The notes beneath the pieces were generated by a model. The model was not told the DNA's origin, made no database searches, and was given only the letters and a program-made list of their open reading frames with translations. Position numbers and translations under genes: made by a program. This document shows, one piece after another, positions 1 through 13,600 of a DNA stretch of 64,000 bases. How positions within the stretch are numbered: the stretch's first letter is position 1; each line of letters starts with the position of its first letter. Location of the stretch: contig OZ024746.1 of the NCBI GenBank assembly GCA_964016885.1, positions 29,202,001 through 29,266,000 of the forward strand, given 5' to 3'. The DNA comes from Eledone cirrhosa (lineage: Eukaryota).

Positions 1-77
1 CTCACCAATGATTAAATAATTTAGAAAATAATCCAAACTTTGAAGTGATATGACAACTTTTCTCATTATTAAACTAC

Positions 78-264
78 GGTGGATTGGCAGTATCGGTAGA
101 GGTTCGGACGCCATGCGTTAACGCATAGAGTTACGGCCCTTGCCATTCTGAGTTCAAATCCCGCCAAGGTAAACTTTGCCTTTCATCCTTACGGGGTCGA
201 TAAAATAAAGTACCAGTAATGTACTGGGTATTTCTGGCCTTGTGCCAATAGTAGAAACAATTAT
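78..264 (+). mobile_element. tRNA-derived SINE family A
   Basis: A box TGGCAGTATCGG, B box GAGTTCAAATCC, conserved core GCCTTTCATCCTTACGGGGTCGATAAAATAAAGTACC. Confidence 0.85.
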
Positions 265-494
265 TAAACTAAGGTACTTACATAAAATTATGATAGAGGG
301 TTTTTAGCTAAATATAAACACTTTAAAATAAACAGTTTTGTATCAGAGAATCAGGACTGGTTTCAAAAGGATTAAGCTCAAAGCCCTGGCTGCCAGAGAA
401 AATATTGCAAATTATTTTATCAACTGTTCTAAATATTCTGCCAATTTGCTGGTTTATAAGAGACAAAGGAGGAAACAAGAATACATACCAATAC

Positions 495-627
495 TTCTTT
501 GACATTGTTGATAAATTTTTCCAGTTGAAAATGAAGTGAAGATAAGAGACATTCACGTTGTTCATCCTGACCTTTCAGACATGTTAGGATCAATGACAGA
601 AACGGTTGGTGACCCAGCAGCGATTTA
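495..627 (-). CDS. MED12: MED12 coding exon 29
   Basis: [31 protein letters not shown]. Confidence 0.95.
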
Positions 628-3600
628 CTGTTCACAAGGGAGAAAATAGAACACTAATTAGGCAATTATATCAGATATATTTTTTTTTTTTTCATATATA
701 ATATACGGTCTTGTTGAGGGAGACCTGGCCAGTTGGCCACGCCATGCCTGGCTCATAAATACATTAGGTACTCAATACATTTCGAGAGAAGAAGCATATT
801 TATTTTATATAGAAATGACTTCTACAAGACTACAAATATTTCATTCATATAAAATCATCAGGACATTCCGTACAATTTCACATGAATGAAACAGTTCAAG
901 TCTTGTATAAGTCAATTCTAAAAAAATAAATAAATATATATATATCATCATTTAATTGTTTCTACTTTAGGCACAAGGCCAGCAATTACCCAGTGTAATT
1001 ACCCAGTACTTTATTATATATATATATCATCATTTAATGTCTATATTTCAGGTTTGCATAATTTAGACATGTCACATTATGAAACAAGTCAGTTGAGGTG
1101 ACGATGTCTAGCTCATATAGATCTGTTTAATATATATCATCATCGTTTTAACGTCTGCTTTCTCTGCTATCAAGGGTTGGACTAATATATATATATATCA
1201 TCATCATCATCATCATCATCATCAACGTTTAACGTCCGTGTTCCACGCTTGCATGGGTTTGGACGGGGGTAGTCCCACTTGAGGCAAGAGTGATTGTCTT
1301 GCTCGCATAGGACTGTCTGGCAGGTTTTCTACAGTTGGATGCCCTTCCTAACACCAACCACATTTACAGTGTGGGTCTGGGAGGTTTTTACCGTGTTGCC
1401 TACACGGCCACATTACAGCGTGGACTGTGTGTTTTTTTGTCGTGACACCTACACGATCTCATTTGTTTCGGCCTCGATGGCGCGGCACCAACATAACTTT
1501 ACATAGAACGGGGTGGTGTGGATGGGGTGGTGGTGGTGGGACGGGGTGTATTTTGTTAGAGATGCCTACTGGCTGGAGTAGGTTTTACTATATATTTAGG
1601 TAAGGCGGGTCTTCTCTGTTACTGAGTACCGCCAAAGGTCTCGGTCCAGTGACATTGTCTTGGAGAGGTGTAAGTGTGTGATGTCGGAGTTTATCAGCTC
1701 GTCCCAGGTTTTTCTAGGTCTGCCTATTCCGTGACTACCGTCTATCTTTATTGCCCTGCACTTTGTTATACAGCTATCGACTTTCATGCGCATCACGTGT
1801 CCATACCAACGTAGCCTTCTCTCGAGTAAACAACATCTGATCCCTCTTATCTCTAATTTTTTCCTTAGTTCGTTTATGCTTTGCCGTTCACGTATATTAC
1901 TGTTACACATCCAGCGGAGCATGCAAGCTTCGTTCCTCTCTAGTCTGCGTATATCCTCTGCACACAATGCCCAGGTCTCACTGCCATGCAGCATTGCTGT
2001 TCGTATGCAGGCATCGTACAACCTGCCTTTCATTTTTAGTGAGAACCCTTTAGCAGCTAATAGTGGTATAAGCTCTCTGAACTTTTTCCAACCAGTTCTG
2101 ACTCTAGCTACAGTACTTTCAGAGCACCCTCCCCCACTGCTGATTTTATCGCCCAGGTAACGGAAGCTGTCCACTATTTCTATAGAACCCTCTGCGCAAT
2201 TGAAAGAGCTAGTAGTTTGTGGGCACTTGCTGCTACTTATTGCACCAGAGCACCGGCCACATGTAAAATCTATGTTCTTAGTTAGCTTACCTGTGATCCC
2301 ACTTACATCTTTTATGCACCCATACTTTGCATTTAGGACATAAAATGGAGTTTCTGCCTACGCCTTTCCTACACACCGAGCACGACCATTTCCCAGAAGG
2401 GACCGCCGCCTTGTTTTCTTTCCTACAAACTAGTACTTTGGTCTTAGCCAGGTTAATTTTAAGTCCTTTTGACTCTAGGCCGTGCTTCCATGTTTGGAAT
2501 TTCTTCTCTAGCTCGGCCATTGATTCCGCTATGAGTGTCAGGTCGTCTGCGTATAGGAGTTCCCATGGGCAGCCTGTCTTGAACTCCTCTGTTATAGCCT
2601 GAAGGGCAATAATAAATAGTAGTGGGCTGAGAACAGAGCCCTGATGGACGCCAACTTTTACGCTAAACTCTTCACTATATTCGTTGTTAATTCTAACCTT
2701 GCTGACTGTTTCTTTATACATGGCTTGTATAGCCCTCACAAGCCATTCGTCAACGCCTAGTTTTCTAAGAGCCCACCAGATAATGGAGCGGGGGACTCTG
2801 TCGAAGGCTTTCTCCAAGTCGACAAAAGCTAAGTAGAGGGGTTTACCTTTAGCTAGGTACTTCTCCTGTAGTTGTCGTACTATGAAAAGAGCGTCTGTGG
2901 TACTTTTGCCTGACACAAACCCGAACTGCATTTCATCTAGGTCAATTCTCTCTCTGATTAGTTGCGCTATTACTTTTTCCGTGACCTTCATGACCTGGTC
3001 GATTAATTTAATGCCTCTATAGTTACTCCTATCTAGGGCGTCTCCTTTACCCTTATAACAGTTAACGATGATGCTGCTATGCCAGTCCTTCGGAACAACC
3101 CCATTCTGTACGACTTGGTTAACTATGCGGGTGACCATGGTGTGTCCCACCGTGCCAGATGCCTTCAGCATCTCAGCAACTATTTCCGAAGGCCCAGCCG
3201 CCTTACCCGTCTTCATATCCTTGATTGCCTTACTTATTATACTCCCCTCGACTAACACTGCTGGTCCCTCTATTGGGTCGATATGGGGGAGACTGCCTTT
3301 CTCCCATTTATTCTCCTCATTTAGTAGCCTTTCATAGTGACACTTCCAAGCTACCTTCTTATCAGCGTCGGTGATGGCAAGTGTGCCATCGTCGTTTAGT
3401 ACACACTTCTCCCCGACAATATCACGGTTTTCCTTGACGCATTGCCTAGCAATCCTGAACACCTCACGTTTTTGGTCATCGCGTTGTAGAACATGCTTGA
3501 ACTTTCTTTCCTCAGCTTCCCTTCTTGCTAAGTACACTTGTCTCCTAGCTTCCCTCCTGGCCACTTGATAGTCCTCTCTACTTCCCCCATCCCGCCATAC

Positions 3601-5294
3601 TTTCCAAGCCTGCTTTTTGGCCTTAATTGACCCCTCCACCTTACTGTTCCACCACCATGTTACTCTCCTCCGGCCTACAGGCCTGCTCCAGCCACAGACT
3701 TCGTCTGTCGCCAACAGCAGGTTTGCTTTCAGAAATTCCCACTCTCCCTCTATATTGTCCGACTCTAAATGTTCTTCCTTACTGTCGAAAGCATCAAGTA
3801 ATATGCTTTGAAATTTATTCCTGGCTGTGGGGTCCTTTAGCTTCCATATTTTCCTCCTGAGGATAGTCCTCTTCTGTTGTCGAGTACGTCTCGTCCTGAC
3901 TATGAGGTCGCTAATTATCAGTCTATGTTGGGAGGTGCATTCTTCATGGGGGAGGGATTTAGTGTTTACAACAGACACTCTGTCACGTCTTCTGGTAAGG
4001 ATATAATCTACCTGGCTTGTGTGTTCCCCGGATCTATAGGTGATCAGGTGATTGTCACGTTTTTTGAAGTTAGTGTTACAGATAGTTAGGTTATTTGCAT
4101 CACAGAATTCCAGGATTCTGGAGCCTTCCTCATTTCTAGTACCAAACCCATAGCCTCCATGGATTTCGTCGTAGCCGTCACAATGTTGTCCAACGTGACC
4201 ATTTAGGTCGCCTGCAATAATTATATAGTCACTGTCGGATATTTGGGAGGTAGTTAGCATCAGTGTCTCATAGAATCTGTCTTTTATAGTGCCGGGCAGT
4301 CCCGATTGGGGTGCGTATGCAGATATTACTGTCACCGTAGTTCTATTGAGGACAAGTCGTATTTTAATTATTCTGTCGTTCACTCTATTTACGTCTATTA
4401 TCTTATCTGCCCACTTTTCTGCTACCATGATTCCTACTCCACCCAGCCCATCGTCGTTTCCCACCCAGAAAAGCTTATAACATCGTTTTTTACCCTCAAT
4501 GAACCTAGCAGACCCACCCCTCCACCTGGTCTCTTGAATACAACAAACATCGACCTCCTTACGTTCAAGCATTTCTACAACCTCGCTAGCGCGACCCTTT
4601 AGGGTGCCTACATTTATGGTACCAACTCTGAAGTTTTGGATTGCGTTTGGGGGTTGGGGGCGGTGGGGGGCGGGGGGCGATGGGGTTATGTTAGCCGTCC
4701 GCGGTCGAAACAATGAGGAGTGCTCGCATTCTCGTCCAAGAGGTGAATTTGTCTTTATCTTTGGCATTGTCGCTGAGCGTCCAGATTTTTCTCTCTCTCA
4801 CCTCCACTCTCCAGGATTCCGCAGTCCATCCATCCATCATATATCGAAAGGCAACCAGGCAAGCGATAGTATAGGCCTCTGGTTTCTGATTGGTCCGCGT
4901 AATAATACTGGTGATGCGTGGGGGCTCTGTTTTATGATTGGTCCACGTAATAGCAATGGTGGTGCGTGGGGGTGGGAGGGAGGGGTGTTGGGTAGCTAGC
5001 AAGAAGGTAATGATTGAATGGGGTCCTTGCATTTAACAAGCGATTAACAAAAATACAAAATTTGTTCTGTTGAATACGACCAAAAACTTTCGTATTTAAC
5101 AATTAATAGAAACAGAAAATGTAGTTTGTTTTAGCGATAGATTGGCTATTTGGACTTGATACGAAATATGGATTGTTTTGAAAATACGCTAGAATTAAGA
5201 TTTGTGGAGGGAGAGAAATGAAATCCGTACATTACGTTACATGAATATCGTGGGTAGAGACAGCAAGCAATGAAATTTGGCGAAGTGAATTCCT

Positions 5295-5335
<41 letters not shown>

Positions 5336-8300
5336 CAGAGAGTCAGAGCCCAACGGCTGGTAAAAGCACTAATAAAAAAAATAAAAATAAATATTGCAAA
5401 GTCAAAGTAGAACATATTTTGTTTATTTTTAAATGTAAATTTTAAAATAAAACTTACTTTCTTTGGTTTTTCTCTTTGTCATATTTTGTCTTTGATAAAA
5501 AGTTACTACTGCTTTCAAGAACTTGGCCAGCCAGCTTTAATAGGCGGCCTTGAACAGTTGAAGGCAATTTAGATATAAGAGGAGCCACAAGCCACACACT
5601 GTCTTTCTCAGATTCAGGTCTGTAATAGAATAGTTAAATAATTACTGAGTGAGAGTGAAGCAAGCTGAAGGTGAGTGTAGATGGATGAGTGGAGTATAGA
5701 TGGATAAGTGGAGTATAGATGGATAAGTGGAGTATAGATGGATAAGTGGAGTATAGATGGATAAGTGGAGTATAGATGGATAAGTGGAGTATAGTTAGAT
5801 GAGTGGAAGTGTAGCTAATTGACTGGATAGGGTAACTAGTTGAGTGGAAGGGTAGTTAGCTATTTAGCTTTACTCCCACTCAGCTAAGTACAAGTAATGG
5901 AATATAGATATGGAGGGGGGGGGTGAGAGGTAGATATAGGGTAGGGGTAGGTTGAGAGGTAGATGTGGAGGGGGTAGATATTGGGGGTAGGTTGAGAGGT
6001 AGATATGGGGGTGTAGATTGAAAGGTAGATGTGAGGGATGGTGGGTAGACTGAGAGGTAGATATGGGGTAGGGGTAGGTTGAGAGGTAGATGTGTGTGTG
6101 TGGGGTGGGGGGGGGTGGGGGGGGGTTAAATGTGGGGGCTGAAACTTACTTGGCATTTTGTAGCTGCTGTTGTTGTTGTTGTGTTGGTAGTTGTTGCCGT
6201 GGAGAGTTTGGATTGGATAGAAACTCTGTTTGTTGATGGAACAAATCTAATGTGCCTTTAGCAATACAATCCAGGATAGCATTGGTTTCCTAGCAACAGA
6301 TAATAATAATTTTTTTTTATTCACTACAAAGCGTTTACAATAAGAAAACACTAAGACAACACAGGACGAAAATATAGAGGGTATATATGTTTAATTTGCC
6401 GCTTTAAGTGAAACCTGAAAGAGTTAATCAGGGCTTCACAGAAGAGGAAAGAGCTTTTTTTTTATTTTTGGCAGACCCCTCACTCTTGTCAGAATTTAGG
6501 TTCAACTGATTGATGTCGGGGAGGGGCATATCTTCAATGAACGTTGATGCTGTTGCTGTTGAGGGAGGTACTTGTGTTGCTGTTCAGTTGTTTGTTTCAT
6601 TGTTTTTGATGTAGCTACTGTTACTGGTGTTAGTGTTCACTGATGGTGTTGTGGTTGTTGCTGTTGGGGCCATGGTGTTGGCAGCAAGGGGGCTCTGTGG
6701 TTACCTGTAATCTTTTGTTGAGGGCAAAAAAAACTCTTAGATGGTTTGTTTAGCTGCCAAAATGACACTGTTGTTTTTTTAACTCAACAACCACATGTAG
6801 TTCCATTCCATTTAGAATGCAAATTAGCTCTAGGATCTTATATAATAATGAATATGAGGAACAGATATTGACTCAAGATCTGATTTGATCTTACTACTTT
6901 ATGGTTCCAGCTGTCCACCTCGCTGTATACACAATCCTTGGAGGTTTTCAGGTGCCAAACTTCTTAGAAAGTAATATTACAAAGTACATGTAGGGACAGG
7001 GGTATATAGAAGAGTGGAGAGGGGGCAAATGTAGTAGGTACTTACAGCATGAGAACTTGATTGCTTGAACATGAGTTGTAATTCAAGCCAGGAAACACGT
7101 AATGACCATTGATCAAGAGTCTGAAACAAATTTACAAATATTATCTCATAGATGTCCATAAAAAACATTTCAGTGTGGTATATACCACAGATGTCCATGT
7201 AAAACTATATTACAGTGTGGTATATATTACAGATATACATGAATAACTATATTTCGGTATGGTATATACCACAGATGTCCTTGTAAAACCATATTTCACT
7301 GTGGTATATATCACAGATGTCCATGGATAGCTATATTTCAGTATGGTATGTCCATAAAAAACTACATTTTAGTGCGGCATACCACAAGTGTCCCGGTAAA
7401 ACTACATTTAAGTGCAGCATAAATAAGTGTCTATGGATAACTATATTTCAGTGTGTTGTTTATATAAAATAAAAGCTAAGGCCATCACTGGCCATTAAGG
7501 ATGACTTGGTAATGTAGAGATACCTTTAACGAGATATATATCTAATGGGCTGTAAGTGTGAATGATATACCTTTAATGAAATACTCACCTAGGAGTTGTA
7601 AGTGTAGGAAATACACCTCCTGGGTATAGAGTATACAAATGATATACCTTTAACTCTTTCGATACTATATTTCTAATAAAAAACACCATCTATAATTTTC
7701 ATAATATACTTACTTTCTCATTTATCTGATGCCTGAAACATAAATTAACAAGGGATCTTACTTTCGTATCATAGAAGCAGAGGTAGATTCAGGTGGTTTT
7801 GGTATGAAAAATGTATATGGACTACTGAATTTGGCGTCCTAAGTATGGGAGATATCTACTTTTAACGATATACTCACTTGAAGAATCCTATTGATGACCT
7901 GTTTATTATCTGGTTCTGTTCCTTCAGCTTGGTTTGGTATACCATTGGGGTAACAAATCATTTGAAGTAACTGAAGGGCCTGAAGGAGGAGAGAAGTACA
8001 ATTATTACATAGATGGATATACCAGTAATTAAGGAAGCACACACACGTCACCGATACACACACACAGATGCACTGACACACATGCAATATTACAGCTATT
8101 ACAGGTGGATGAGGTATAACTGCCATTATCATCATCATTACCATCATCACCATTTTACATTGGCTGAAAAAGGTGAAGTTTTGGAGGAGGGAACGTGGGG
8201 AGATGATGATAGAGGGTGGTGTAGAGGTGGAGGAGAGGGGATGAGAGAGGGTGGTGTCGAGGAAGAGGGGAGGTGATGAGAGAGGGTGGGGAGGAGTGGA

Positions 8301-10525
8301 GAAGAGGCAACGAGAGGGCGGTGTAGGGATGGAGTGAGGTGAGGAGAGGAGAGAAGGTGGTATAGGTAAAGGTGGAGAGGCTTACCTGTTTATTAGAAAG
8401 CTCTGGATCCATAAGACGATCTTCACTAAAGAGAGCCTGAGGATCTTTAAGTATTTTCTCTCTAACCCACTTCTGACAACACATCTCTTTCAGTGAATGT
8501 TTGGCAAAGTCACTGAGGCCAGCACTTTCTATTCTCTTGTTAGACTTTGATGACCCTCTGTATTACAATACAAATATACACCATTATACATATGTGTACA
8601 TGTACAGAATTATATATGTATACATGATGAGTATTGTATGTATATATATCATCATTCATTCATTTCATTTCATTTCATTTTACGTCTGCTTTTCCCTGCT
8701 TGCAAGGGTGGGACGGGAACTGATTCTGGCTTGATTTCTACAGCTGGATGCCCTTCCTAACACCAACCTCACTTACAGTGAGTGCTGGGTGCTTTTTTGC
8801 CGTGGCACCTCCACGACCACTTTGCAGTGGAATGATAGGGATCCCAGTCCCTACAATCTCATTTCTACAGCTGAGTAAACTGGAGTAATGCGAAATAAAG
8901 TGTCTTGCTCAAGGAAACAACACATCACCCGGTCTGAGAATTGAACTCACAACCTTTTGATTGCAAGGCCAATGCTCTAACCACTAAGCCATGTGCCTCC
9001 ATTATATATCCATATATATACACACACACGTTAGTTATTTGAATATGGCAAAGCCGGCCATTATTCGCTCAATCAGTGGATCTGCTAATATGCAAATTAG
9101 GCCGATCAGTCACTGTATATATATATATATATATAAATGTATACATGTATGTATGTATGTATATATATATATATATATATATATACAACATTATAGATTA
9201 TAAATATGTATGGAAGTGTTTGTATGTATGTACAACATATATTTATATGTATGTAGGTACAACATTATATATTTATATGTATGTAGGTACAACATTATAT
9301 ATTTATATGTATGTATGCATGCATGTATACTCATATACAACAATTATAGATTGCCTAAATTGTGGAACAAGAAAATATGCAAACATCATTTTGCAGTGAC
9401 TTTCTCTAGTCTGAGACTGGACTGGTCAGATAACTACATATGCCCCATATTTTGGCTTGCTTGTCTCTGACTGGATGTCATTCCTAACACCAACTACTCT
9501 ATGAAGGGTGGTGTTAGGACAATTCCAGATGTTCAATTAAGACAGTATCATATACTTAATTAGGACAATATCATATACGTAATTAGGACAATATCATATA
9601 CGTAATTAGGACAATATCATATACGTAATTAGGACAATATCATATACGTAATTAGGACAATATCATATACGTAATTAGGACAATATCATATACTTAATTA
9701 GGACAATATCATATACGTAATTAGGACAATATCATATACGTAATTAGGACAATATCATATACGTAATTAGGACAATATCATATACGTAATTAGGACAATA
9801 TCATATACATAATTAGGACAATATCATATACGTAATTAGGACAATATCATATACGTAATTAGGACAATATCATATACGTAATTAAGATGATATCATATAC
9901 GTAATTAGGATGATATCATATACGTAATTAGGACAATATCATATACTTAATTAGGACAATACCAAATATTTAATTAAGACAACACCATATATCTAATTAA
10001 GACAATACCATATGATAATGTACAACTTACCCAAGAACCAAATCTAACTCCATGTCGTCGTCATTTAAATTACCCAATATATTGCCAATAATATCACCCG
10101 TCTTCTGTCCCGCAGAATTGCTGGGAATTGAACCACTGTTGTTACATACTCCTGCTTTAGCTTTTGATTCATCATTACATGAGTCTCCTGCAACAAAATG
10201 TATATCAATCATTTAATCCTCAGTTATACAGAACATTTGAAATAACGTGATAAAAAAAAAAACAGCTAAGGGTACTGGATATATTTGTTTATATGTCCAA
10301 CCTTTTTCCATAAAAATACAATGTAAAATGTCAGTATGTAACTCTCCTACAGTCTTATAAAACCTTAATTCAAAATATACAATATATTGTAAATGTATGT
10401 AAAATGGAGGTGTATATATATAATGCATAATGGTTATCACCAAAATATATACAACAGTGACTATGAATAAACAAAGTTAATTTTAACCTGTTCACTTACA
10501 CTTCTTGTTTATATATATATGTTTT

Positions 10526-10603
<78 letters not shown>

Positions 10604-13600
10604 TATATATTTATATATATACATATATTGTTAATTAGAAAATGTAGTAGCAATGAAATGTTTAATTACTGAGGTAGAGCATTCCTTTGAGTACACCGAG
10701 AACAGGTTCCACTGTGAGACTGTCGTGGGTAGCTGCTAGTAGATGTCTGTCACAGGAAGCCTTCACCCCACAACCATTACGACAATTGAGGTTATGGAAG
10801 CCAGGGTGGTTGGTTGTCTTGAACAATCTCAGGAGTAAATGACAAGTTAGTCGAGCACCAGACTCTGCATCCTGTGCACCTACCACTAGAATAAATAAAT
10901 AAATACATACAGAATTACAGAATAAATTAATATGATATTGTTGTATTTTGGTCCTTTCTGCAGGATTGTTTCAACTCTTTTAGTCACCTCTTACAACACA
11001 CTGAAAAACCTAGAGGACACCAACACTTTTGGTCACCTCTTATGACACACAGGAGGCCCTTCCTGACACCAACACTTTTAGACACCTTGTGGTCTTACGG
11101 GTGTTAATGATTATGATGATGATGGTGGTGGGGCTGTTGCTTTTTTTTTTTTATCAAATACTCATTGCAATCCTAGTTCATAGTTATCACTTATCTAGAA
11201 GATATCAAGGGAAATAATTCCTGATGGCTATTCACTTTAAAGGGAGGTAATTCCTGTTGGATAATCTTTTTAATGGGACATAACCTCCGATGGTAGAATT
11301 ATTAGAGCATCAGATGAAATGTTTTGTGGTATTCATTCCATTTCCTTATATGTTCTAGAGTCAAATCCTACCAAAACCTATTTTACCTTAAATCCTTCTG
11401 AGATTGATAAACTATCATTCCAGAACGTCAGATAGGATGCTTTGCGGTGTTTGTTCAGAGTTCTTCCATTTAGAATTCAAATTATGTTGTAGCCAACTTG
11501 TAAGGTTGATTTAATCTATTAAACACAACTACCTAGGCCACCCATGGGTATCTTTTGCAGACTTCACTGTTACAAATACTTAGCTGAGATCTCTAGTTTA
11601 GGAGTAACTTCCTTTACAACTACCAGTCTCAGAGACTCCAAAAAGAGGGACATGGGCACTTCTTCCTCTGATTAAATGCTAGGCTATAGAAAGGACCTAC
11701 TGGCTTTGTTGAGGACTTGGTACCACCTTTAATGTTGGTGCCTCAATAAAATGTGTCCAATACCCTCCATAAAGAGGTCAGTGACTCAACAGAGACAATA
11801 TAAGGTAGAAAGGACTGTTCAATCTTACCGAAAAAACATGACAACCTCTCTAGTGCAGGTGCTACATTGATTAATCTAGTGGCCTAATGACTGCTAATTA
11901 ACCACCTAAACCTGAAGAGATGCTTAAGATAAATAAAATGAACTTACTTGATGGACAAGCTGACATGAGGGAGGGCAATGCCACACGGGCTATGAAGTTC
12001 TGCAGAGTAAAGCAATGACGAGCCAGAAGAATTGCTGTGAACACTGCCAGGGAGTCATGAATGGACAAATCTCCAACCTGGGATAAGAACAAATGATAAA
12101 AGGCATAGAATGAGACACAGGATCAGTTCAGATAATCAAAACAACATATAGATTAATAATTACTAGACATTACACACTCAGAATTATATTACTGATAAGG
12201 TTGACTAGGCTGATGCCTTGAGGCCCCACAGGGAGATGGGACCCTCATTTTATTCAATATAGGATAACCAGTAAATGTCCTTTCACTGTATATTGTTAAA
12301 TTTTCTATTTGCTAATTTGTTGTATTAATTAAATATACCATATCCGGGTGAAGCTATTTATTATATGTAGAAGGTTAAAAATTGAAGTGCCAGAGAAGCC
12401 CACAAAATAGCTTAAAGCCTAGGGATGCAGCCATGGGTTAATATGGTGCAGCACACACTTTATTATTTATAGAGAGAAGGGCGGTGGATTGGCAGTATCG
12501 GTAGAGGGTCGGACGCTATGCTTTGATGTATAGAGTTACAGCCCTTGCCATTCTGAGTTCAAATCCCGCCGAGGTTAACTTTGCCTTTCATCCTTATGGG
12601 GTCGATAAAATAAAGTACCAGTAATGCTCTGGGTAATTTCTGGCCTTGTGCCAAACGTAGAAACAATTATTTATAGAGAGAAGTGGATTGGCAGTATCGG
12701 TAGAGGGTCTAACGCCGTGTTTGCAGGAAAGAGTAACGGCCCTTTACGGTCTGAGTTCAAATCCCGCTGAGGTTAACTTTGCCTTTCATCCTTACGGGGT
12801 CGATAAAATAAAGTACCAGTAATGCACTGGGTAATTGCTGGCCTTGTGCCAAAAGTAGAAACAATTATTTATAGAGAGAAGTAAAAGATAAACAGAATAA
12901 AGATAGGGATGTGTTGGACCTCGGTCAGTTCTAACGATCACTGTTCCCGTTGATTCCATTAACAGAACAGCCTGATTATGAAATTAACCTGGGCATGAAC
13001 TGGTGTTGCCACTAATTATTAATATTTCTCTGAGTTCTAACAACACCATTAGGTAAAAATAGGTAAAACATAAAAGAGACTCACATCAATTTGTGTGAGG
13101 ATATCGATGAAACCACAGGAATGGTTGGAAGAACAACAGAGAGCTTTGAGGGCGCCAAGCCACTCGGAACGTAAGGCATTGCACTTGGCTGTGAACTCGG
13201 CACACAAGATGGAAATTTCATTGAGACTGTAAAGAGAGAGAAAAGAAAAGTCAAGGAAATAAAAATACAAAGTTTAACCTTAGAAATATGTTTATTGTAA
13301 ACTACAAGACAGTTATTTAATAATCAAACAATTTGCTGTATAATCTCTAGAGACTTATTCAACTATTTAATAGTTGTTGCTGCTTACAATAAACTAACAT
13401 ATTTTCAAAATTTAAATTTTGCTCAACAGGTTGGTATCAGAGGTTTAAACATTCTGATACCAAGTCACCACAAAACCACGCCTGGTTCTATGAAACAAAA
13501 ACACCCATTTTAAAGGATTCCTATTTAAATTTAAATTTTACAACATAATTTTAGACAAGTACCATATATTACATTCTGGCACCATATTAATAACAAACAG

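Noticed and set aside
1786-4999. Plus-strand ORFs over the RTE element
   Set aside because: Antisense shadows of the RTE coding frame.
9535-10012. Regular 23-bp repeats resembling a CRISPR array
   Set aside because: No unique spacers, eukaryotic intron, no cas genes; it is a minisatellite.
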